DNA of 32,000 bases from Alkalilimnicola ehrlichii MLHE-1 (lineage in GTDB: Bacteria > Pseudomonadota > Gammaproteobacteria > Nitrococcales > Halorhodospiraceae). The DNA lies in contig NC_008340.1 of assembly GCF_000014785.1 (NCBI RefSeq), positions 1,770,001-1,802,000 of the forward strand. The letters run 5' to 3'. Below the pieces are notes generated by a model. That model was not told where the DNA came from and ran no database searches. It worked only from the letters and a program-made list of their open reading frames with translations. The position numbers and the translations under genes are program-made. Shown here piece by piece: positions 9,546-18,274 of the stretch. Position 1 is the first letter of the stretch. Every line of letters starts with the position of its first letter.

Positions 9546-10061
9546 ATGAAGGAAGGGCGCGGCATCGACACCATGGCACCTATTCGCGATACGCGCAGCG
9601 GGCGGATCACCATCCCCTACCGGCTGAACGCGCGGGCGCGCTACTGGGGTATGGTTCAGCGGACCGGGTGGCTGGCCGCCCTGCTCGCCAGCCTGGCGAC
9701 GCTGATCTGGGCCGCGCGACTGGAGCTGAACGACGCCACCACCGCCAGCACCCTCGGCCTGGCCGCGGTGGCGGCCCTCGCGCTGTCGCTGTGGATGTTC
9801 GCCATGGCGGTGCTGCGCCTGCCCCCCAGCGAGGGTCGGATCACCCTTTCCGAGGACGATTGCCGGGGCATCACCTGGCGGCAGGAACGGCGCGGCAGTT
9901 GGACGGTCAAGGCGGGCGGCGTGCGGTTGCGCGGCCTGGAGAGCATCGAGCCCTTCCGGATGGCCCGCGAGGCGGCTCACGAGCGTTCTGAAGCGGTGCT
10001 GCAGCAGCTCCGCAACCCGGACGGCGACGATCAGGCGGTGGTCAATCGCCGGGCGGCGTGA
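9546..10061 (+). CDS. Predicted membrane protein, hypothetical (start could instead be 9573)
   Basis: In-frame part of ORF track 9156..10061. Two TM segments (GWLAALLASLATLIWAA; LGLAAVAALALSLWMFAMAVL). Confidence 0.5.
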   Translation: MKEGRGIDTMAPIRDTRSGRITIPYRLNARARYWGMVQRTGWLAALLASLATLIWAARLELNDATTASTLGLAAVAALALSLWMFAMAVLRLPPSEGRITLSEDDCRGITWRQERRGSWTVKAGGVRLRGLESIEPFRMAREAAHERSEAVLQQLRNPDGDDQAVVNRRAA

Positions 10062-10107
10062 CGACCGCGGCGATGGCCGGACCGACCGCGCCGGAACAGG
10101 ACCGGAC

Positions 10108-10135
10108 CCCCGGGCCGGGCCACACCGGCCCGGGG
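10108..10135. terminator. GC-rich perfect hairpin between convergent genes, possible bidirectional terminator
   Basis: CCCCGGGCCGG-gccaca-CCGGCCCGGGG, 11-bp perfect stem, no T-tract. Confidence 0.45.
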
Positions 10136-10157
10136 ACTGATACGCAGCGGACCCGCG

Positions 10158-11246
10158 TCAGGTATCGGAGACGCTGATATGGGGGAAGGCACCGCCGGAG
10201 TGCGTCTTCTGCAGCGACAGCTTCCCGGCCACCCGGCGGGCGATCTGGCGGTAGCTCTCCGCGACCTTTCCGTCCGGCTCGGAGATGACTGAGGGCCGCC
10301 CCGAGTCCGCCTGCTCGCGGATGGAAATGTCCAGCGGCAGCGAGCCCAGCAGGTCCACGCCGTACTGATCGGCCATGCGCTGGCCGCCACCCTCGCCGAA
10401 GATGTGCTCCGCGTGCCCGCATTGGCTGCAGATGTGGATGGACATATTCTCCACCACCCCCAGCACCGGCACATTGACCTTCTCGAACATCTTCAGGCCC
10501 TTGCGGGCGTCCAGCAGGGCGATGTCCTGGGGAGTGGTGATGATCACCGCCCCACTGACCGGCACCCGCTGGGCCAGGGTCAGTTGCACATCGCCGGTCC
10601 CGGGCGGCATATCCACGATCAGGTAATCCAGACCCTCCCAGCGGGTGTCGCGGATCAGCTGATCCAGTGCCTGGGTGACCATGGGGCCGCGCCAGACCAT
10701 CGGGGTCTCCTCATCGATGAGAAAGCCCGAGGACATGGCCTGAATGCCGTAGTTGACCACCGGGTCGAGCTTCTTGCCGTCGCGGGATTCCGGGCGGGCG
10801 GAGATACCCAGCATCCGCGGTTGGCTGGGCCCGTAGATGTCCGCGTCCAGCATGCCCACCCGGGCCCCCTCCGCGGCCAGGGCCAGGGCGAGGTTGACGG
10901 CGGTGGTGGATTTGCCCACGCCGCCCTTGCCGGAGGCGACCGCAATGATGTTCTTGACCTCGTCCAGCAGCTTGACGCCGGGCTGCACCGTGTGGGGCTC
11001 GACGACGCTTTGCAGGGTCACCTCGGCCGCGGCCACGCCCGGAACGCCCTCCGCTGCCGTTCGCAACTGCTCCGCCAGCTCCTTGCGCACCGTGTCCGCC
11101 GGATAACCCAACTGCACGTCGATGCGCACACGGTCGCCGTCCACGGCGATCTCCTTGACGCACTCGGCGCTGACCAGGTCCATCTCCAGGGCCGGGTCCA
11201 CCACCTCCTGCAGCGCCGCTTCCACCTGCGCACGCAGATCACTCAT
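10158..11246 (-). CDS. mrp: Mrp/ApbC-family Fe-S cluster carrier ATPase
   Basis: IIAVASGKGGVGKSTTAVNLALALA deviant Walker A, LDADIYGPSQPRMLG, DYLIVDMPPGTGDVQLTL, CSQCGH CxxC, and an N-terminal DUF59/MIP18-like region. Confidence 0.95.
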   Translation of the reverse strand: MSDLRAQVEAALQEVVDPALEMDLVSAECVKEIAVDGDRVRIDVQLGYPADTVRKELAEQLRTAAEGVPGVAAAEVTLQSVVEPHTVQPGVKLLDEVKNIIAVASGKGGVGKSTTAVNLALALAAEGARVGMLDADIYGPSQPRMLGISARPESRDGKKLDPVVNYGIQAMSSGFLIDEETPMVWRGPMVTQALDQLIRDTRWEGLDYLIVDMPPGTGDVQLTLAQRVPVSGAVIITTPQDIALLDARKGLKMFEKVNVPVLGVVENMSIHICSQCGHAEHIFGEGGGQRMADQYGVDLLGSLPLDISIREQADSGRPSVISEPDGKVAESYRQIARRVAGKLSLQKTHSGGAFPHISVSDT

Positions 11247-11322
11247 CGCTCAACCTCCAGCATCGTTCGCTTGGCCGGCCATCCGGCCGGCAACCCGCGA
11301 ACATCATAACGCAGCAAGCGAC

Positions 11323-12051
11323 TCAGGAGGGATCGGGCTGTGCTGCGGCGCAGCGAATGATATTGCGGGAATAGTCCTCCAGGCGCTGGACCCGGCAGTT
11401 ATCGGTCACCCGCACATCCGGGTCGCGCCCCCGGGCTTCCAACCGCAGCCGTTCCCAGTATTCGTCGAAGTAGCGGTTGAACATCTCGCCGCCCAGGGTG
11501 CCCACGGCGTAGAGGCCGTCGGTCGCCGGGTCGTGCTCAAGCAGGACCGCGGCCAACGGCTGGTCGGCGGGGCCGGAGAGCACCGAGGCACCGGAGCAGG
11601 GGTCGTAGACACTGTGCTCGGCGCAGCAGGAGATCACCCCGGCGCCGCTCCCCAGGTCGGTGACTTCCGGGCGGTAGCTGATGTAACTGACGCTCGGCGT
11701 CGGGTGCGCCATCCGGTGGGCGCAGATGGCCGAGTAGGCCACCAGGGTGCGATCCGGTCCCACGCCCCCCTGCCAGCGGTAGGGGCGCCCCTCCTTGTCG
11801 GTGAGCTGCTGCGGCTCCAACGGCCGATCCAGCCGGAGTAGGAAGCAGGGGGTGGCGATATAGGGGTAATGGAAGACGTAGTTGGTCTTGGGCGCCAGAT
11901 CCGACGCGGCCAGCGGCACGCCCTCTTCGTCCCGAAGCCGCACCCTTGCGTAGTGGCGCAGGCTCACCGGGCCGCTCACGCCGGCCACGGTACCCGCAGC
12001 CAGGCAGCCGGCACCCAGGGCACAGGCCTGCATGAAGGTTCTTCTGCGCAT
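11323..12051 (-). CDS. Tat-exported Rieske-type [2Fe-2S] protein
   Basis: N-terminus MRRRTFMQACALGAGCLAAGTVAG resembles a Tat signal. Rieske ligand pairs CAH (SAICAHRM) and CAEH (SCCAEHSVYDP). Confidence 0.75.
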   Translation of the reverse strand: MRRRTFMQACALGAGCLAAGTVAGVSGPVSLRHYARVRLRDEEGVPLAASDLAPKTNYVFHYPYIATPCFLLRLDRPLEPQQLTDKEGRPYRWQGGVGPDRTLVAYSAICAHRMAHPTPSVSYISYRPEVTDLGSGAGVISCCAEHSVYDPCSGASVLSGPADQPLAAVLLEHDPATDGLYAVGTLGGEMFNRYFDEYWERLRLEARGRDPDVRVTDNCRVQRLEDYSRNIIRCAAAQPDPS

Positions 12052-12149
12052 TGCTTACCGCCCTCACCGTCAGCCAGGGTTGACCGTGGCAAGTATAGGC
12101 GCCAATGCGCGGCCACGCGCCCACGCCAGGTTAGGGGCTGTGGGCCCGG

Positions 12150-12575
12150 TCATTGCCCTTCCAGCGGGACCCCATCCTGGTAGCGGGAACTGCCGTCCGC
12201 GTAGACCTCGTTCTTCCAGACCGGCGCCCGCTGTTTGAGCGTGTCGATGGCGAACCGGGCCGCGTCGAAGGCGTCGCCACGGTGCGCCGAGCGGACCACC
12301 ACCAGTACGCTGTCCTCACCCACGGCCAGCTCACCGATTCGGTGCACAATCCGACAGGACTGGATCGGAAAGCGTGACACCGCCTCCTGTTCGATCTCCG
12401 CCAACACCCGTTCCGCCAACGGCTTGTAGACGGTGTAGCTGATGGCCTTCACCGACCGGCCCTCGTGGTGGTTTCGCACGGTACCGGAGAAGACCACCAG
12501 CGCCCCGCTCTCCGGATTGGCGGTCTCCTCCAGCAGGGTATCCAGGTCGAGTGGTTTGTCGCTGATTCGTTCCAT
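12150..12575 (-). CDS. moaE: Molybdopterin synthase catalytic subunit
   Basis: GALVVFSGTVRNHHEGRSVKAISYTVYKPLAE...HRIGELAVGEDSVLVVVRSAHRGDAFDAARFAIDTLKQRAPVWKNEVYADG. Confidence 0.95.
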   Translation of the reverse strand: MERISDKPLDLDTLLEETANPESGALVVFSGTVRNHHEGRSVKAISYTVYKPLAERVLAEIEQEAVSRFPIQSCRIVHRIGELAVGEDSVLVVVRSAHRGDAFDAARFAIDTLKQRAPVWKNEVYADGSSRYQDGVPLEGQ

Positions 12576-12609
12576 GGCGGCCTCGTTGAAAAGTCGGTCC
12601 AGCGAAGGA

Positions 12610-15600
12610 TTATGGCATAGTCCGGGCGCCCGGCGCCCCCGCCTCCGCGGGGGCCGGATCAGGGCCGCTTTCGTCGCCGGCCAGCCGGGCTGCGAACCGC
12701 TCCAGCGACAACGGCCGACTGAAGAAGTAGCCCTGGGCGTAATCACACCGCTGGCGCTTGAGATGCTCAAGCTGGTCCTCGCGCTCCACCCCCTCGGCCA
12801 CCACGTTCAGCCCCAGCGAATGGGCCATGCGGATGGTGGCGTTGATAATGGCAGCGTCGTCCCCGTCCTCGTTCACGTGCCGGACGAACGACTGATCGAT
12901 CTTCAGGGTGTCGATGGGGAAGCGCTTCAGGTGCGCCAGGCTGGAGTAGCCGGTACCGAAATCGTCCAGGGCAAGCCGAAGCCCCATCGCCTTCAACTCC
13001 CGCAGGATCTGCACCGCCACCTCCGGATTGCGCGCCATCAGACTCTCGGTCAGCTCCAGCTCCAACAGCGACGGGGCGACACCGTGGCCCTCCAGGATCT
13101 GGCGGACATCCTCCACCAGCTCCGCATGGAGGAACTGGCGGGCCGAAATATTCAGCGCCACCGGCACCACCGGCAGGCCCTGCTGCTGCCAGTGCGCCAG
13201 TTGGGTGGCCACCGTCTCCAGTACCCAGCGCCCCATGGGGATGATCAGCCCCACCTCCTCCGCCAGGGGGATGAACTGCATGGGCGAGACCAGGCCGTGG
13301 CGGGGGTGCTCCCAGCGCAGCAGCGCCTCGGCGCCGCTCATCGCGCCGGTGTCCAGGTCCACCTGAGGCTGGAGGTGGAGCCGCAGCTCGCCGCGCTCAA
13401 TGGCCCGCTGCAGGTCCGATTCCAGAGTCAGGCGGTTGATCTGGCGCGGCTCGGACCGCTCGGAGTAGCGGATGATCACCCCGCCACCCTGGCGCTTGGC
13501 CTCGTGCATCGCCACACTGGCGCGACGAATGAGGTCTTCCGGGCCATCGCCATCATCGGGGAAAACCGTGTAGCCCACGGACACCGACAGGAAGACGTCC
13601 TGTCCGGTCACCGAGATGGACGGTGCCAGCGCCTCCTGCAGCTCGCCGGCCAGCAGTTCCGCGTCCCGCGTATTGCGCAGCTCCGTGAGCACGATGTTGA
13701 ACTCATCACCGCCCATGCGCGCCACGGTGTCGAAACCCCGAAGGGCGGCGGTCAGCCGATCGGCCACGGTGCGCAGCAGCTGATCCCCGGCCGCGTGCCC
13801 CAGGCTCTCATTGATAATCTGGAAGCGGTCCAGGTCGACGTTCAACAGGGCCACGTGGCGCCCGGAACGGCGGGCGTACAGCAGGGCCTGGTGCAGGCGA
13901 TCCACCAGCAGGTTGCGGTTGGGCAGGCCGGTGAGGGCATCGTAGTGGGTGCGCTGCTCCAGCTCGGCCTGGTAGCGTTTGCGCTCGGTGACGTCGTTGA
14001 TCACGCTCACCATGTAGTGCACTGCGCCATCATCCTCGCGCACCGGCGCCACGAACAGCTCATTCCAGAAGAGCGTGCCGTCTTTGCGGTAATTGCGGAT
14101 CACCGCGTGGGCCTCCCGGCGCGAGCGCAGGGCACTGCGGATCTCCTCAAGCCCCGGCTGGTCCTTGTCGTCCCGGACCAGGAAACGGCCGTTACGCCCG
14201 ACCACCTCGTCCCGGGGGTAACCGGTGATGCGCTCGAAGGCGGGATTGACGTAGACGATCGGGTTGTCCCGCAGGCGCAGATCGGAGATGAGGATGCCGT
14301 TGGCGGTGGACTCCAGCGCCCGCTCGCGCAGCCGGATCGCCGACTCGGCCCGCTTGCTCTCGGTGATGTCCTCGCGCACGGCCACGAAGTGGGTGATAGT
14401 GCCGTCGGCGGCCCTGAGCGGCGAGATGACCTGGCGCTCCCAGATCAACTGCCCGTCCTTGCGCCGGTTCTGCACCGTGCCCTGCCAGGTGCGACCCGCC
14501 CGGACCGTCTCCCAGAGCTCGCGGTAGACCTCTGGCGGCGTGTGGCCGGAGCCCAGCATGCGCGGGTCACGCCCAATCACCTCTTCCGGGGCGTAACCGG
14601 TCAGGCGGGTGAACGAGGGGTTGACGTACTCGATGCGGGCCTCGGCGTCGGTGATGAGCACCGAGACCGGGCTGTTCTCGGTGGCCCGCGCGTGCTTGCG
14701 CAGCTCTGATCGCATGCGCCGCTGACGTCCCCGCAACCGCTGCGCCCAAACGCCGTGGGAGAGGTTGGCCGCCAGGTTGTCCAGCACCCGCACGGCGGCC
14801 GCATCCAGCGCACTCGGGTCCCGGCTGTGGATGACCAGTACCCCGAAGACAGGCCCCTCGCCGCCGCGACCGGCCACCAGCGGCAGGGCGCAGATAGCCG
14901 AAAACCCGCACCGCACCGCCTCGATCCGCCAGGGACGGGGCGAGCGCCGTTGCGCCAGCTCGCGCAGCACCGTGGTCTGTCCGCTGCGCAGGGCGGCGCC
15001 CGCCGGCCCGTGACTACGGACGTTGAACCCCTGGTCGCCGGTCAGGCAGTCCAGGTAGCCCTGTTCTTCGCCTGCCGCCGCCAACCGTTCCACCGGTCCG
15101 CCCGCTCGTCCCGCACCCAGGACGCAGACCAGTTCATAGCCGGCGTCGCGGGCAAGCAGGTGGGTGGCCTCCTGCAGCAGCGTCTGCTCCGAGCGGGCAC
15201 GGATCACCGCCTGGTTGCAGCGTGCCAACACCCGAAGCAAAGTGTTCTCCCGGGTCAGGGCCAGCGCATGCCGTCGCCAGCGGTGCTGCTCCCGCCCGCG
15301 GGCCACCGCCGTTGCCAATGCCGCCGCCAGGGCATCCTCCTCCAGCGCGCCCGCGAGCACGGCCGCTGCCCCCTCGGGCGGATAATCCCGATCCGGGGGC
15401 CGGGCGTCCGGCTCTGGCACCCAGACCACCACCGGCACGTGGGGTGCACAGGGCAGAGGCCCCCGGTGCTCGTCACCCTCGGCGGGCCAGGTGTCGCGGG
15501 CCAGCACCACGTCCGGCGCAGACCGTTCCACCTCGGCGATCAGTTCCAGCGGGTGGCTGGCCCGGCCCACCACCGTATGCCCCGGGCCTTGCAGGGCCCG

Positions 15601-15663
15601 GGTGATGCGCTCCTGTATCGCGGGGTCCGGCTCGGCGATGACAACCCGCAGTGACTCCGGCAT
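12610..15663 (-). CDS. Multidomain c-di-GMP signalling protein (degenerate REC-like, GAF, PAS x2, GGDEF, EAL)
   Basis: RMGGDEFNIV GGDEF motif, EALLRWEHP, DDFGTGYSSLAHLKRFPIDTLKIDQSFV EAL motifs, and two PAS/PAC segments (VAVREDITESKR; VSVINDVTERKR). Confidence 0.93.
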   Translation of the reverse strand: MPESLRVVIAEPDPAIQERITRALQGPGHTVVGRASHPLELIAEVERSAPDVVLARDTWPAEGDEHRGPLPCAPHVPVVVWVPEPDARPPDRDYPPEGAAAVLAGALEEDALAAALATAVARGREQHRWRRHALALTRENTLLRVLARCNQAVIRARSEQTLLQEATHLLARDAGYELVCVLGAGRAGGPVERLAAAGEEQGYLDCLTGDQGFNVRSHGPAGAALRSGQTTVLRELAQRRSPRPWRIEAVRCGFSAICALPLVAGRGGEGPVFGVLVIHSRDPSALDAAAVRVLDNLAANLSHGVWAQRLRGRQRRMRSELRKHARATENSPVSVLITDAEARIEYVNPSFTRLTGYAPEEVIGRDPRMLGSGHTPPEVYRELWETVRAGRTWQGTVQNRRKDGQLIWERQVISPLRAADGTITHFVAVREDITESKRAESAIRLRERALESTANGILISDLRLRDNPIVYVNPAFERITGYPRDEVVGRNGRFLVRDDKDQPGLEEIRSALRSRREAHAVIRNYRKDGTLFWNELFVAPVREDDGAVHYMVSVINDVTERKRYQAELEQRTHYDALTGLPNRNLLVDRLHQALLYARRSGRHVALLNVDLDRFQIINESLGHAAGDQLLRTVADRLTAALRGFDTVARMGGDEFNIVLTELRNTRDAELLAGELQEALAPSISVTGQDVFLSVSVGYTVFPDDGDGPEDLIRRASVAMHEAKRQGGGVIIRYSERSEPRQINRLTLESDLQRAIERGELRLHLQPQVDLDTGAMSGAEALLRWEHPRHGLVSPMQFIPLAEEVGLIIPMGRWVLETVATQLAHWQQQGLPVVPVALNISARQFLHAELVEDVRQILEGHGVAPSLLELELTESLMARNPEVAVQILRELKAMGLRLALDDFGTGYSSLAHLKRFPIDTLKIDQSFVRHVNEDGDDAAIINATIRMAHSLGLNVVAEGVEREDQLEHLKRQRCDYAQGYFFSRPLSLERFAARLAGDESGPDPAPAEAGAPGARTMP

Positions 15664-15721
15664 ATCCTCTCCTCCGCCGCCGGCTTTATCTCTCTTATAC
15701 TCAGATAACAGGCAGGGTGTT

Positions 15722-15741
15722 AGGCGCCCTCAGGCGCCCTC
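15722..15741. repeat. 10-bp tandem duplication
   Basis: AGGCGCCCTC AGGCGCCCTC in the divergent intergenic region upstream of the rcoM-like gene. Confidence 0.8.
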
Positions 15742-15881
15742 TCGGCCCTTGGCATACGACAGGACAAGGCGCACAAAAACCCCACAGCCGCAGTGTACAA
15801 CAAGCCCCATCCGCCGTCTTGATTGAGGGCCGGTCGCCCGGCAGCCAGACTATGCTTCAGCTTTAGGGTACCGGCGTCAGC

Positions 15882-16631
15882 GTGGCAGAGCCCCCGATGC
15901 AAAGCTTCGAGCACAAACTGCAGCAATTCGATCCCGGGGTCATCTGGCTCGACGACGACAACCAGGTGACGGCCATGAACGCGGTAGCCAGCCGCATCCT
16001 GGGCGTGCGCCCGGGCGAGGTGCTGGGTCAGGAGGTATTGCAACTGCACCCGGAGAAAAGCCGCGGCAAGATCGCTTGGCTGTTGGAATCGACCCACGCG
16101 GCCGATGGCTGTCCGGTCAAATCACCGCCGCCCATGACCATGATGATCAACATCCCCGACCGGGTCCTGTTGATCAAGCTGTCACGGATGTACGGCCCGG
16201 AGGGCCGGGCGGCGGGCGCTTGCCTGGTCTTTTACGACCTCACCGAGGTGACCTCCCGCGAGGCGCCCCGGGACCCCGTGGCACCACGTCCCCGGCAATT
16301 GCTGAAGCTACCCGTCTACAAGAACCAACGGGTGGTGCTGCTGAACCTGGAGCAGGTGGTGCGCATGCGCGCCGAGGGCCACTACACCGAGGTCTTCCAG
16401 GACGGCGAGCACTTCCTCTGCAACCTGTCCCTCGCCGATCTGGAGGGGCGCCTGGACCCGACGCGCTTCATGCGCGTGCACCGCTCCCACATGGTCAACC
16501 TGCATTTCGCCGTCGCCCTCGAAAAAGAGGGCGAGCAGTATCAGCTCGTGCTGCAGGACCGCAATGAGACCCGCATCCCGGTTAGCCGCGGCAACGCCCC
16601 CCGGGTCCGCGCCCTGTTCGGCCTGGCCTGA
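15882..16631 (+). CDS. rcoM: RcoM-like CO-responsive PAS-LytTR transcriptional regulator (start may be ATG 15897)
   Basis: N-terminal PAS (FDPGVIWLDDDNQVTAMNAVASRILGV...VFYDLTEV) and C-terminal LytTR (VVLLNLEQVVRMRAEGHYTEVF...FMRVHRSHMVNLHFA). Sits directly upstream of coxM. Candidate heme ligands H56 (QLHPEKSR), C77 and M87, with spacing close to that known for RcoM. Confidence 0.85.
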   Translation: MAEPPMQSFEHKLQQFDPGVIWLDDDNQVTAMNAVASRILGVRPGEVLGQEVLQLHPEKSRGKIAWLLESTHAADGCPVKSPPPMTMMINIPDRVLLIKLSRMYGPEGRAAGACLVFYDLTEVTSREAPRDPVAPRPRQLLKLPVYKNQRVVLLNLEQVVRMRAEGHYTEVFQDGEHFLCNLSLADLEGRLDPTRFMRVHRSHMVNLHFAVALEKEGEQYQLVLQDRNETRIPVSRGNAPRVRALFGLA

Positions 16632-16637
16632 GCCGCG

Positions 16638-16699
16638 CCGCCATTCCCGCAGCGTGACCGCCGTTCATGCACCGCATTCCACCATTGGTGAATTGGCGG
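16638..16699. promoter_or_regulatory. Candidate LytTR (RcoM-like) operator repeats upstream of coxM
   Basis: CCGCCATTC at 16638 and CCGCCGTTC at 16658 (20 bp apart, same strand), CCGCATTC at 16672, and an inverted relative GAATTGGCGG at 16690-16699. Confidence 0.4.
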
Positions 16700-16728
16700 T
16701 TGTTGCCGCCCGTGGGCTGACCTCTACT
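16700..16728 (+). promoter_or_regulatory. Weak candidate sigma70-type promoter for the cox operon
   Basis: TTGTTG (16700-16705), 17 bp, then TCTACT (16723-16728), immediately adjacent to the repeat cluster. Confidence 0.25.
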
Positions 16729-16748
16729 TGAAGGGTAAGAGAGGCGGA

Positions 16749-16764
16749 TTGTCGCATCCGACAA
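16749..16764 (+). other. Small hairpin in the cox leader
   Basis: TTGTCG-catc-CGACAA perfect 6-bp stem. An overlapping alternative pairing, CGGAT/ATCCG, is possible. Confidence 0.4.
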
Positions 16765-16834
16765 CCCCTCCCAGGAGGAGAACGGGACCCGGCCCGACCG
16801 GGCCCGGACAACAACACCCGCAGAGGTGAACACC

Positions 16835-17704
16835 ATGATACCCGGCAACTTCGAGTACCACGCCGCCCGCGGCGTGGATGAGGCGCTGCAACTGCTCTCC
16901 CGGTACGGCGAGGACGGCAAGCTGCTGGCCGGCGGCCACAGCCTGCTGCCGATGATGAAGCTGCGCTTCGCGGAACCGGCCCACCTGATCGACCTCAACC
17001 CCATTGAGGAGCTGCGCGGGGTGCGCGAGGACGGCGATCATCTGCTCATCGGCACCATGACGACGGAGTCGGCCCTGCAGCAATCGGACCTGGTCGCCCG
17101 CCACTGCCCGGTCCTGCCGGAGGTGGTGGCGCTGATCGCCGACCCCCAGGTGCGAAACCGGGGCACCATCGGCGGCGACGCCCTGCTCGGCGACCCGGGC
17201 AACGACCACCCGGCCGTACTGATGGCGTTGGAGGCGGAGTTCGTCATCCGCGGGCCCAAGGGCGAGCGGCGGGAACCGGCCAACGGCTTCTACCTGGGCC
17301 CCTACCTGACCCGGCTGGCCGACGACGAGCTGGCCACCGCAATCCGCATCCCCAAGTGCCCGCCCGGCCAGGGCTACGCCTATTGCAAGCTCAAACGCAA
17401 GACCGGCGACTACGCCACCGCGGCCGCCTGCTGCCTGCTCAGCCTCGCCGGCGGGACGGTGGAGAAGGCGCGCCTGAGCCTCACCAACGTGGGCCCCACC
17501 GCCCTGCGCGCGGAGGACGCCGAGGACCTGCTCCAGGGCCAGACCCTGGACGACGGGCGGATCGAACAGGCCGCCCAGGCGGCCATGAGCATCTGCGAGC
17601 CCGCGGAGGACCTGCGCGGCAGTCCCGAATACAAGACCCACATCGCCGGCGAGATGACCCGCCGCGCCCTCCGCCTGGCGCTGCAACGCGCCCGCGGCCA
17701 GTAA
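16835..17704 (+). CDS. coxM: Aerobic CO dehydrogenase medium (FAD) subunit
   Basis: KLLAGGHSLLPMMKLRFAEP and TIGGDALLGDPGNDHPAVL are FAD-binding motifs of the CoxM family. GAGGTG RBS precedes ATG 16835. Confidence 0.95.
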   Translation: MIPGNFEYHAARGVDEALQLLSRYGEDGKLLAGGHSLLPMMKLRFAEPAHLIDLNPIEELRGVREDGDHLLIGTMTTESALQQSDLVARHCPVLPEVVALIADPQVRNRGTIGGDALLGDPGNDHPAVLMALEAEFVIRGPKGERREPANGFYLGPYLTRLADDELATAIRIPKCPPGQGYAYCKLKRKTGDYATAAACCLLSLAGGTVEKARLSLTNVGPTALRAEDAEDLLQGQTLDDGRIEQAAQAAMSICEPAEDLRGSPEYKTHIAGEMTRRALRLALQRARGQ

Positions 17705-17716
17705 GGGAGACCGATC

Positions 17717-18214
17717 ATGGCGAAACACGCGATCACCCTGCACATCAACGGCCAGGCCCACGACGTGGCCGTGGACGCCCGGGAGCTGCTGATCCACACC
17801 CTGCGCGAGCGGCTGCGCCTGACCGGCGCCCACATCGGCTGCGAGACCTCGCACTGCGGCGCCTGCACCGTGGACATGGACGGCGTCTCGCTGAAGGCCT
17901 GCACCCTACTCTCGGTCCAGTGCGACGGTGCCGAGATCACCACCGTGGAGGGCCTCGCCGGCGCCGACGGCCTGCACGCCGTGCAGGAGGGGTTCATGCA
18001 GGAGCACGGCCTGCAGTGCGGTTTCTGCACCCCGGGGATGCTGATGCGGGCCTACCGCTTCCTGCAGGAGAACCCCGATCCGACGGAGGAGGAGATCCGC
18101 TACGGCATGGCCGGCAACCTCTGCCGCTGCACCGGGTACAACAACATCGTCAAGGCCGTTCAGTACGCCGCCCGCAAGCTGCAGGAACAGGCCGACCCCA
18201 AGCAGCCGGCCTGA
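17717..18214 (+). CDS. coxS: Aerobic CO dehydrogenase small (2x[2Fe-2S]) subunit
   Basis: [16 protein letters not shown]...KAC and CGFCTPGM...[12 protein letters not shown]. Confidence 0.96.
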   Translation: MAKHAITLHINGQAHDVAVDARELLIHTLRERLRLTGAHIGCETSHCGACTVDMDGVSLKACTLLSVQCDGAEITTVEGLAGADGLHAVQEGFMQEHGLQCGFCTPGMLMRAYRFLQENPDPTEEEIRYGMAGNLCRCTGYNNIVKAVQYAARKLQEQADPKQPA

Positions 18215-18274
18215 GCCCGGCCAGGGCCGACCGCAACGAACGGCGCACCGTTTTCAGGATCAGGAGTTGAGATC

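Noticed and set aside
12442-14709. 755 aa plus-strand ORF
   Set aside because: Shadow of the genuine GGDEF/EAL gene on the minus strand. His/Arg/Gln-rich translation with no domain logic, typical of antisense frames in high-GC DNA.
16694-16706. Sigma54 (-24/-12) promoter for coxM (TGGC...TTGC)
   Set aside because: The TGGC and TTGC elements are present but their spacing is 2 bp too short for the strict sigma54 consensus.
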